Below, piece by piece: positions 13,216-24,050 of a DNA stretch of 64,000 nucleotides. Under the pieces are notes generated by a model. The model saw only the letters and a program-made list of their open reading frames with translations, searched no databases and was not told where the DNA came from. The stretch is taken from positions 6,076,001 to 6,140,000 of the forward strand of contig NC_043004.1 in the NCBI RefSeq assembly GCF_006345805.1, in the 5' to 3' direction. The translations under genes and the position numbers were made by a program. How positions within the stretch are numbered: position 1 is the stretch's first letter; each line of letters starts with the position of its first letter. This DNA comes from Octopus sinensis (lineage: Eukaryota).

Positions 13216-15629
13216 TATAAATATCTGGATGCTTAAGGATCTTCTAAATAGTAAGAGATTTAGAGATGTTCTAATTAAAGCAGAAGGCAGGAGACTAGTA
13301 AATTATTGAGGAAATGTGGAAAAGAAAACTTTCTCACAATGGCTTTCTATACATCTTTAACAAAGAAGAAACTACAGATAATATAAATTTTGGTGCTGAG
13401 AGCAGAAAAATTGGAGAGAGAACATTAAGATGTATTAAATAACCTTGATTGCTGCAAACATCTTTCTCTCTATTTGTTTACATGTGTATATCTTTTCTTT
13501 ATGCATATGTTAAGTTTGAAGCAATCAGGATAATTCAATACATTTTAATTCTTAGACCAACTATATCTGGCCCAAATATTCTGCCTGTTTCATGATCAAA
13601 TAGATCCAGCCTCTCATATCTACCCTATAATGTCATTCTAAAAATAAACAATCACATCATTGAAATCTTGAAGCTATGAGATAACGCATGATCAATTCAA
13701 AACAATGTGAATAAATAAACATTACATTTGACAGAGTAATTTGAATATTTCTTTTCTTATCTCTTTATGTGTATGTGAACAGGGAAAGTATTTATATCAA
13801 TCAGTTTCAGTTAATAAACTTGCCTCCCTTTCTCTCTCTATCTGCATATATATATATATTTCTGTATGCCATGTATATGTTTACTTCCAGTGAGAAACAG
13901 TAGAGTCACAAAAACAGGCTGAATGTCCCTTCAGCTGAGCCCAGTCATTACACTTTACTATTACAGGCTCTGTTTCTCTGACCGTGCAAAGCTGTGTACC
14001 GCTTCCCACTAATTAACTGTCTCCTCCTCCTCCGCTTGTCATTCTACTGGGTCTTGCTTACAAGACATTACCTCAGAAATGTAACACAAACCATTCTCTA
14101 CAAACCATCTCAAACTCACTCAAATGTCGACCCCATCCACCTCCCCATCCATCAAGCTAAACATTAATTACATCAACTTCTCTTGTCTACAAATCAATTA
14201 CAAAGGAGAACAAATGTTATTATGGGGAAAGTAAACAACAAGTATTTCCACAAACATAAATTTGATAAATTTACTACAAGAAAGTATAGTTTTCTTTTAT
14301 AGCTTGGTGCTTTTGGTTTACGTAAGGATACACATTAATTAACATCTCATTAATAATGATTTTTTTTTTAACTACGTTACAAGGCCAAAAACTTTATGGA
14401 AGAGATGTAGTTGGTTAGATCAACCCTAATATTTGACAGGAACCTATTTTATTGATTCTACAAAGTCAAAAGCAAAATCAACCTCACGGGATTTTAAGTC
14501 AGAATGTGAAGGAATCATCATCATTGTTTAATGTATGTTTTCCATGCTGGCATGGGTTGGATGGTTTGACTGAAATTGGTAAGCTGGGGGGGGCTGCACC
14601 AGGTTCCAATCTGATTTGAATGTAACTAAATATTGGTTTCAAATTTTGGTATAAAGCCAGCAATTTTTGGGGGAAGGGATAAGTCGATTGCATAGACTCC
14701 AGTGCCCAACTGGTACAAAGGCAAAGTTGACCATGGCAGAATTTGAACTCAGAATGTAAATACAAACGAAATGTCGTTAATCATTTTTGCCTGGCATATT
14801 AACAATTCTGCCAGTTCACCACCTTATGTAATTAATTAATGTCTGACACTCTACCAGCTCTAACATCCACCACCATTTTTTTTTATCAGGAAGTAAGAGA
14901 GTACCTACCACCTCTGACATTCATGGGAGAGAGGAAGGTATCCTCCCTCCCACTATTCTGGAGACCAGGCCTGAATGCTTGCAACAGACTAAGTCTACTA
15001 TCCAAATTGGCCATGAGAGGATTTGAACTCAGAATGCAAAGAGCCAACACAAACACTTGCAAAACCATCTGGTCAACATTCTTACAATTCCACTGACCCA
15101 CTCTCCTGGACTGATACTTTTTTTTACTAGCCTTCAAAAGGCTGAAATGTAAAGTTGACCTCGGTGGGATTTGAACTTACAACACTAAGTCAGAACAATT
15201 ACTACAAGGCACTGTGAAATTCTGACACAAGACCCAGCACTTTTGAAGGGAGGGGGCATGTCAATTACATTGCCCCAATTCTTAACTGGTACTTTCTTTT
15301 CTACTCTAGGCACGAGACCCAAAATTTTGGGGGATGGGGCCAGTCGATTAGATCAACCCCAGTATGCAACTGGTGCTTAATTTATCAACCCCAAAAGAAT
15401 GAAAGGCTAAGTCAGTGTCAGAAAGTAAGGAGTGGAAGAAATGCTGCTAAGCATTTCATCTGATATGTTAATGATTCTGCCAGCTCATTGCCTTAATTCA
15501 CCACCCAAATTAATAAAACAGAATAATTTGTCCTTAATGTCATTTTTTTTCTTAAGTTTTGACACAAAAATCACTTGATGTTAATAAAAATCTCAGCTAT
15601 TTTCTAAGAATTCACAATAAAATACTTAC

Positions 15630-15664
15630 GAATTTTTTAGTTGCATCAAATATCTTTTGAGTTC
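15630..15664 (-). CDS. LAMTOR3: LAMTOR3 coding exon 2, ELKRYLMQLKN(S)
   Basis: cttttctttttag|gaactcaaaaga...aaaaattc|gtaagt. 35 nt with strong splice sites; aligns with recalled human DLKRFLYKKLPS. Confidence 0.9.
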
Positions 15665-18600
15665 CTAAAAAGAAAAGAAACAAAAATTAAAAAATGTATA
15701 TTTCTAGGTCCATCATTCAGATCACAGATTTTGAAACCTGATCTTAATGGTTACAAAACGAAATTAAAGCAAACTGTTTTTCAAGTAAGTATGGGTTGGA
15801 TATGTTTGCAGAGCAATATGCTGCTATTCATTTTGATCCCTTGCCATTTTATCTGTGAAGCTCCTAATCGTGAGACCTGATCTCTCAATATCTTTTCCCA
15901 TACCTACTTTGGTGTTTCTCTAACAAAGATATAATTTTCCACCAAGCACATCTCATAGTTAGGGTGTTGCACTTGTGATTGCAAGATCATGGTTTGATTC
16001 TTGGACTGGGTGGTGCATTGTGTTCTTGAGCAAGACTCTTCGTTTCATGCTGCTCCAGAACCCTGCAATGAACTGGCATCCTGTTCAGCAGAATGTTGTG
16101 ATCTCACTCACTTACAAACCATGGGAACTAGGTAGCTGGCTCTTTGGGCCTGGAGGTTGACAATGATAATCACTCGTAATCTATTTTCAGTATACTTGTA
16201 ATAATTCTCTCTTACATACACCAGTCAGTGCCTTTAAACCTTTTCTCAGTATATTCTAATGAAATACACTGCTTGCAGATTTTGACTAATTTTGAAAATC
16301 AAGAAATTTTTCCTGGCATTTGGCACAGAACTCATTCTTACATAAAACTGCGAACAGTTTTAACTTAAATATAAACACTTTGAAGTGCAGGTTCTTTCAT
16401 GAAACCAGGGATGTTCTCAAAACAGGTTGATATCAAAAGGATTAAAGTCTAACTGCTGTCTCAGCTTACTTGTACTCAGCCTTTCATGTAAGTTTATACA
16501 TCCAACAGACCAAAGTTGTCTAATTCCTCTCTAGTCTCAAATCAAAGTGGATTTGGTATGTGTGTCTGGCAACAAGGAAATATTACCTTACTTGGAAACA
16601 AGTAGAGATTGGTGGCAGGAAAGGCATGCAACCATAGAAAATTTGCCTCAACAACTTCTGACTCATGCAAACATGGAAAAGTGGATGTTAAAATGATGAA
16701 AAATACAGTATCATAGTTTGTACAACCATTTTCTACAGCCTTCTTTTGGTTGCCAAAAGCTGTGACAGTTACCTGAACACTTGAAACCAAAATTTCTTTG
16801 CTCCAACAACTCATCACTACCATCTTACCTTCTCAATAACTTCACCCCATTCTTATAAAATGCAAGAGATAGCCACATATCTTCTCTATAGCAAGACACT
16901 GGCACTTGTCCCTCTATCATACTTTAGCTATTGCCTCCCTCACGCACATACATACAACACCTGGCATAAAACTAACTATCTCCTCTTTCAAATACACTCA
17001 CCGCTTAGTCAATATGGCTTTTATCGTTTTTTGTAACTTACTCGGCAACCTCACTAGTGCTGGTGGCACGAAAAAAGCATCCAGTACACTCTGTAAAGTG
17101 GTTTGTGTTAGGAAAGGCATCCAGCCGAAGAAGTGTTGTCAAAGCTGACATTGGAACACGATGCAGCCCAGTAGCTTACCAGATTCCATCAAACTGTCCA
17201 ACCCAAGCTAGTATGGAAAGAGGACATTAAATGATGGTGGTGGTTCAACAGAATGCTAGTAAATCATAGATCAATAGCAGACTGGTACCTAATTTTTAGT
17301 CAAGTAAGCATTCTAAAAATTTTGATGAATAATACCCAGAGGCCTGGGTGTTGGGTGTCAAACTGGGTTAAAATTAAGCTTATCAAATAAGATCATGCAA
17401 TCCATTTGACAGGCTCTAACATTGTTTTTTGCCAAACCAATTATACTCATAGATAATAACCTGGGGCATTGTCTAGCACATTTACCCAATGTGCTATACA
17501 ATGGAATATAATGAAAAATTCTTTAAGTGTCCCTGTCCTGAAATAGAAGTTTAAATCACAATTTGGTTCTTTTTATTTAGCTACCACACCAGCAGCAGGT
17601 GTACAGTTCTAGTTCTCATTAACTGTTCTTGGTAATAAATACAACTCTCAACAAGATATAAGACTAGTGGTATTAAATGCTTCCCAAACATGTGGTCTCA
17701 GAACAAGTCACATTGCACAACACCTTGGACAAGTGTCTTCTACTATGGTTCTGGAGCTGACCAAAGCTTTGTGAGTGGATTTGGAAAACAGAAAATGAAA
17801 GAAGCCCAATTTGTGTGTGTGTCTATATCATCATCATTTCACATAAGTTTTCTAAACTGGCATTGGTTGGACGACTTGACAGGAGCTGGCAAGCCAGAGA
17901 GCTGCACCAGGCTCCAATTGTCTCTTTTGGAATGGTTTCTATGGCTGGATGTCCTTTCTAACACCAACCACTTTACAGAGTGTATTGGATGCTTTATATG
18001 TGGCACCAACACAGGTGCTTTTTTTTTTTTACATAGCACCAGCAAAAGTGGTTTTGTATGTGGCACCAGCATCAGTGCTTTTATATGTGTGAGTGGGAGT
18101 GTGCGTGTATCTGTCTTGATATCATGTAATTGTTGTAAATGAGCATCACTGTCATACAAGTGATGTTGTTTATTTCCAGTCTTTCATGAAAAAACAAGTT
18201 TTGCCACAGGAAACATTACCTTAGTTGGATATAGGTGAGATTCGGAGACAAAAAAGGATTCCAGCCATAAAAAATCTGCTTCTAAAAACTGTCAGATCCA
18301 TGCAAGCATCAAAACATGAACGTCAAATGATGATAAATAGCATGTTTTTTTTTTTAATGTTTGGGTTAAAGGAAGGGGGCTATCTCCATGAGCTTCCAAG
18401 CTATCCAAGACTGGTAAGATCAGCGTGGTTAATGTTTCTCTTGAATACCAGTAGGAAAAATATGGACAGTGGGGATACCAGACAGAAAAGATTGAGCAAC
18501 GTGGTTAATGCAAGAGTTGACAGTAGACCAACATAGTTAATATGGAGAGGTGTGAGTCACAAATGGAGATGACAAGAGATCCGGTAGCCAGCTCAGAGAC

Positions 18601-20120
18601 ACTGAGACCAATGTAGTAGTGCTGGGTAAAGTTAATGAGAAGACAACACGATGATGGACCATAATGGAGTAGGATGGCTAGCAACTTCAAGCCAGTTACC
18701 TGAAATGACTGAGCCCCATTACATATATATTTCCTAAAAGTTGATAAAAATGTAAGGGGCAGAGCAACTTAAATATAATCTTATTAAATCAAAGGTACCA
18801 AGATAAGAACACACCTCTTTTTGCAGATTGCCATTCTTTCGTGTATAATACTATAGTTAAGCCTTCACTAATGAAATTTAGTAAATAGTACTGAGCAAAG
18901 TATTAATTTAGTTTCAATCAGATTTTAGCTCCGTCACGATAATTAGAGAGCTGACAACTGAACAATAATGTTACAAGAAATGGCTTTCACAGAGCTGAAA
19001 ATGTGACCTTTGTTCCATTATCGGACCAGCTGTTGTAATTTAAATCGAATTTCTATTTCCTTTTTTAGTGAATTCTACCTCTCTCTCCAATTTACAAAAA
19101 AATAAAATAAAATAAAAAGAGAGATGAGTGAGGTTTGGTTTTAGAGTAATAATGTTTGAGAAAAGCGAAACAATAGTAAGGTAAACCAACCGGTAATTGG
19201 TAACATTCACTCAGTACATATCCAAAGGGTCGATGAATTGGAGTAAAACGTAAATATTGACATAAAAATGCGAAAGCCCCTGAGAAAAAATATCACTATA
19301 TTAAGTAAACAGTTTAACGTAGAGGACTAATTGGATGATATGAGAATGTTGTGTAGTAAATAGGATTATCATGTGATGTTGAACAGCAAGAAGCATAGGG
19401 TTAAAAGCAAAAACGAAGTTACAAAAACACTCTAACACAATAAACAGAATGACATCTGTTTATTAAAAACTGTAATTCTCAAGAAATTCATTCGGTAATA
19501 TTGAACATTATTAGAATAAGTTATTTCGAAGTAACAAACCAATCGCAACAGACGAAGCAAAACGGAGATGCGTGTTTATTTTAAATTAGTGTATACACAC
19601 CCACCTAAGCAAAGTGCGTTTTCCGGTCACTTATGAAACTTATAAACATCATTATTTGTGCATTTTATAAATGAAATATTTGGATGGAAATATCAAATAT
19701 TGGGTTTACGAACGGTGAATAAATATATATATATATAAATAAAACAAAAATATTTAGTTTCGAAAGCTGGATGTATTGATTCCCCCCACCCCCACCCTTC
19801 TCTCTCTTTATATATATTGTTTGTAACGAAACAGGATTATCATTTGTAAACGGAATTTAAAAGAAATTCTAAATAAATAAATAAAGAATAATTATTATTA
19901 TTATTAATAAGACATTATTTTAGTCATAAGAATGAGACGAGCTAAATTAGTCAACCAAGGATAAAACAATCTTGCATCTCTTAAACTTTAATTCAATAAT
20001 CTATAGATAAAGCAAACATTAGAAAAACAATAACAGTAAAAATCCGAAGGAAACATTGTTCAGGTAAAAAGAGTATACATAAGACAGGCGAATGTAAGAA
20101 ATAGTTTAATAAACACCAAC

Positions 20121-20129
20121 CTCAGCCAT
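20121..20129 (-). CDS. LAMTOR3: LAMTOR3 (Ragulator subunit MP1) coding exon 1, MAE
   Basis: Minus strand reads gcaggaaat ATG GCT GAG|gttggt (GT donor). It splices in frame (phase 0) to the 15630-15664 exon. The six exons sum to 9+35+59+134+64+74=375 nt = 124 aa plus stop. Confidence 0.85.
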
Positions 20130-20580
20130 ATTTCCTGCTCGAGTGAGAGAAGAGAAGTGTTGTGAAATCACACGAGAATCTCGACTGTAAAGGGAGACAA
20201 CCAAGCCAAGCAACGGGCGCCGCCGCGTGGGATTCCGTCAGTAACTTCCTTTTTATTTCTTCTTTTTTAATTAATATTTTATCCCGTCCTTTTTGGCTGA
20301 AGATCTAAGTGCTGCCGATATTGTTAGCGTATCAGTTTTACTTTCGTACTAGTCATTCAAGCATTGTATTCGTTTGTATTGTCACTGTTGATACACGGAT
20401 GATCTCTAGTAAAACAATCATCAACAACACTAGAATAACTGTTGTCCCTGATTACTTAACTTAGAACAACTTATCTGAAATAAACACGTAATAATTATTA
20501 TTCTCAGTCATCAGATAAAAGAGAAAAGAAAACCTTTAACGCATTCACTCATATAAATTAACAGAAACATATATTGAACG
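20130..20580. promoter_or_regulatory. Bidirectional promoter/5'UTR region shared by LAMTOR3 (-) and the ZFR-like gene (+)
   Basis: 451 bp between divergent ATGs. Contains a small CpG/GC-rich patch (caacgggcgccgccgcgtgggattccg, about 20213-20240) in otherwise very AT-rich DNA. Confidence 0.75.
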
Positions 20581-22062
20581 ATGGCTGTAACAGGAAAATC
20601 GACGAAAGGCGATGGAAAATCAAACCGCTTTCGACCATTTAACAAACGTGGTTCAGTTCCACAACCTCCAATGCCTTTTTTTCCTCCACCTCCGTGGCAT
20701 GCTCGTCAACCAAAATCTTCAGATGATAGACATGTTATGGCTAAACATGCCAGTTTATACCCTGCTGAATTGCCGGCTTTTCAGAAAATGGTTATTGCTT
20801 GTGAGAAAGCTCTTAAATTAGTATCAGATAAACTCTCTACAAATGCAGTATCACCGTCTACAGATAGTGAAACTCCCAAGGAGGAAGAAGACAAGCAGTC
20901 GACTACGGAGTCTGTAGAGGCGGACACTAAGGTAAACAAACCGAACAGTAACGTTTCAAAACAGAATAACAATCAAGATGATGTTTACCGTTCATTGAGA
21001 GGTGTCCAACGAGTTGGTGTGTTTGGTCACGGGCTTTTGTTACAAACTGATACTTGTGTCGAACTAGTAGCGTTATCTGCAGAAAAGCCCACCGAGACTT
21101 TGCTCAATCAAATATACGAATGCTTTCCTTCTCAATTAGCTCTTGTCACAGATGAAAAATACGATATGGAAATAAATGTGGCGCAAGCGGCTGTAATAGT
21201 TATTCGAGTAAAAGAGCCAAAGATAAGTTGTAAAATTTCTTTGACATCTCCGATTATGAGGGAGAATATGGACACGCCGGTTGTCTCTGGAGGTGACGAG
21301 GACCAGCAGGAAGCAAATAATAATGACTGTAAAACAGGAGAAGGATCTGACCAGGCCCTTGAAGATAGTGATGCTCAGGGGACTTTCGAAGAAAGTAGTA
21401 ACAAAGTAGAAAATGAAACTGCGGCATTGAACACTCATTCTGATATGCACACCGAGGAAGCTGATCCACCAGATGTCTTGAATAAAGGAATTTGTTTAAA
21501 CGCGTTAGCTGAATTAAGGCGTGCCAAATGGTTCCAGGCTCGGGCGCGCGGATTACCTAACTGTTTGGTAGTATTACGGATTCTACGCGATTTATCTCAA
21601 AGAATTCCACTTTGGTCTAATTTGAATCTGTGGGCGATGGAACTGTTGGTAGAGAAATGTTTAGGCAGTGTCAGAGCTGTCCTTGGGCCTGGCAACGCAC
21701 TTCGTAGAGTTTTTGAGTGTCTAGCTGCAGGAATAATATTACCATCGTGTCAAGGTCTGTATGACCCTTGTGAAAGAGAACCTTCTGACCCTATCAGCGA
21801 AATGACTGCCCAGGATCGAGAGGACATTACCGCTGCTGCTCAACACATGCTTAGACTTATAGCTTTTAGAAGAATCCGCAAAGTACTTGACATGGAACCC
21901 TTGCCGCCGCCGCATAGGAAATTTAAGCAAAGGAAGCGAAAACGTGTCGGAGAAGGAGCTGAAGGAGATGCTGTTGAGAAAAGGGACAAACAATGTGATG
22001 ATGTGGATGACGAACTTGTTGAAGATGTTGAAGACTGTGACATTGAGCCTTCTGATGCCTAA
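20581..22062 (+). CDS. Intronless ZFR-like DZF-domain protein lacking the zinc fingers (probable retrogene), 493 aa
   Basis: Uninterrupted ORF with an in-frame upstream TGA (20575-20577). Motifs SSDDRHVMAKH, RGVQRVG..GLLL, LTSPIMRE, DPPDVL, AKWFQARA, WAMELLVEK, ALRRVFEC, DPCE, REDIT.AAQ, LRLIAFR, VLDMEPLP and a C-terminal RKRKR track the recalled ZFR/Zn72D DZF domain. No C2H2 finger and no dsRBD are present. Confidence 0.9.
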   Translation: MAVTGKSTKGDGKSNRFRPFNKRGSVPQPPMPFFPPPPWHARQPKSSDDRHVMAKHASLYPAELPAFQKMVIACEKALKLVSDKLSTNAVSPSTDSETPKEEEDKQSTTESVEADTKVNKPNSNVSKQNNNQDDVYRSLRGVQRVGVFGHGLLLQTDTCVELVALSAEKPTETLLNQIYECFPSQLALVTDEKYDMEINVAQAAVIVIRVKEPKISCKISLTSPIMRENMDTPVVSGGDEDQQEANNNDCKTGEGSDQALEDSDAQGTFEESSNKVENETAALNTHSDMHTEEADPPDVLNKGICLNALAELRRAKWFQARARGLPNCLVVLRILRDLSQRIPLWSNLNLWAMELLVEKCLGSVRAVLGPGNALRRVFECLAAGIILPSCQGLYDPCEREPSDPISEMTAQDREDITAAAQHMLRLIAFRRIRKVLDMEPLPPPHRKFKQRKRKRVGEGAEGDAVEKRDKQCDDVDDELVEDVEDCDIEPSDA

Positions 22063-22773
22063 AAAGAAAGCTCTCAAAATTCTTTCGTTTAATCTCCACA
22101 CACACATGCACACACACACACACACTCTCTCTCTCTCTTCTCACCCTCTCTGTATTTCAGCCCTTCCTTATGCATTTCTTCACAAACCTCTTCCATTAAA
22201 AATTATATATTTCATATTTTGATAGTTTTGAAGCTATCTGTTATTCAGTTTTGACAAACCACCAGTAATCACCCCGACTTTAATCACTATATTTACAACA
22301 ATGTAATGATTATTTCCTCTTTAATGAAGCGAGATGTGTTTGAATTGAAGTTGCTATAGATGCAAGAAAAATTTTAATTCCAGTTTGGAAGCTGTTCTGA
22401 GTTTAAAATGAAACTAGTTGTTTTTAAACATTATCATGCAAAGAGCATTGTTTTATTAAGGACCAAACAGCTCTAAAATGTTTAATATATATATATCTTG
22501 ACACTGACTTATTTCTAAGGGCGATGTTAAAATTCTGTTGTCACAATAATGAAAAATTCTTCCTGCTTTTTTTTTATTTTTCAATAATTAAGGAAGTTTT
22601 CTTGATCGTGATTTTTAAAGCTGAAAATATATGTTAGAATAATCTGACCTCTACAAATTTCATTGATTTTGATTTTTATCACCCCCTTCCAAATTATTTT
22701 CACTTGATAATTAAGATAATTTTTGAAGTTCCATTGTAAATTCTATCTAATTGATGTCTTTATGTGCGTTTAT

Positions 22774-22805
<32 letters not shown>

Positions 22806-23289
22806 ATCTGGGCTATACTAAGGCATCTTAAAGTTAAGAACATGTCATTAATCTTATAACACCTGAATTCTTCATATCTCTGGTACTTCATTTTAATTAT
22901 GATTTTTATTGGTTTTCAACTCAAGAGCAATGATTCTTTTTTTTTATGCTAATGGCTATGTTGCATAATTGCAGTGTTTTCTTTATTTTTTTGTTACAGA
23001 ACATGTTGAATAAGTGTAATGCTTCTATGCTCCTGGGTGGATTATATATGTTCAGGTTTTAAATGAATTACACTTCAGAGGGAAACTGATGGTACCCCAA
23101 CATGGTCAAAGCTTCAATAGTTTAAGTCTGCTTAAAAAAGTTTTTTAATTCTTTTTTTATCACACTTGCTTTTACTATGGTATTTTTTTAAAATCTTTAT
23201 CTAATCTATACTGTCAAGGATTTCAAATTTACCATTCCAACTATGTCGTCACTAAATTTCTCTGCATCTGCATACACACACACACATGC

Positions 23290-24050
23290 ACTCATACAGT
23301 GTTGAAATTATCGAAATTATTCTGATAGGATGGGTATCTATTTGTACAAAATGAGGACTATTATTCCTTCTAGACAGAGAAGCAATCTTCACTCTGACTT
23401 ACAAACATTTATGTGGCCTGTATACAGCTCATATTTGTTGCATTCCCTTGTATTATAATTACTGAAAGTTGTTGGCGACAGATTAAAGGTTCCCAAATGA
23501 CATTTGTTTCAACAAGTCATTTGCAGATTTCATCAAGTGTTGCATGGTTGTACCGTATGTACAGATGCTCTTGAATGCTTTGGGTTGCATTCTCCTGTAT
23601 GTATTGCAGTACTACATGCATAAATCAATGTGGAATAATGAATTTGTCCTCCACACTCCACAGTGGCATCTCATACAAGATTCCAGTCTTTTCATGCATG
23701 CTAGTTAAATCGTCTGGTCTTTTCTGATATGACTGATGCAGCCATACAGACTCCAATATACTTAGAATGCTGCACTTTTGAATGGCTTAGTCAAGTATTG
23801 CATTGATCTCAGTATGTCTGGCATGATGTACCATGTTATACTTACTAGACAGGCCATGAAGACACCTTTTCCCCCGGCATCCATTTGTTAGTTGACATGT
23901 GAGCTCCAGTGAATGATACAATAGTAATATGAAGCTGTTCTAAAGATAACTGAGTTCCTTGATGGGAAATAGTTAAAGCTCCAAACTAGACAGCTGAATA
24001 AACACCCTTCGGTTACAAGTGACTTCATTCAAGCTGGTCACATATCTATC
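23290..24050 (-). mobile_element. Highly degenerate Tc1/mariner-like remnant (approximate)
   Basis: GC is higher than the flanks and there are weak minus-strand peptide remnants (RRF..HA.KDWN, QENA). No clean TIR pair was found. Confidence 0.3.

Noticed and set aside
17690-18142. 150-aa ORF in LAMTOR3 intron 1
   Set aside because: It runs across a mosaic of SINE and RTE-tail fragments. No domain and no splice support.
20581-22062. Calling the ORF ILF3/NF90, STRBP or the canonical ZFR
   Set aside because: WAMELLVEK, RRVFEC and the short RKRKR tail fit ZFR rather than ILF3 (recalled WPLELLCEK plus dsRBDs). The zinc fingers and introns expected of canonical ZFR are absent, so no gene symbol was given.
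20612-22222. Several short overlapping or antisense ORFs over the ZFR-like gene
   Set aside because: They are shadows of a real CDS plus microsatellite. No recognisable motifs.
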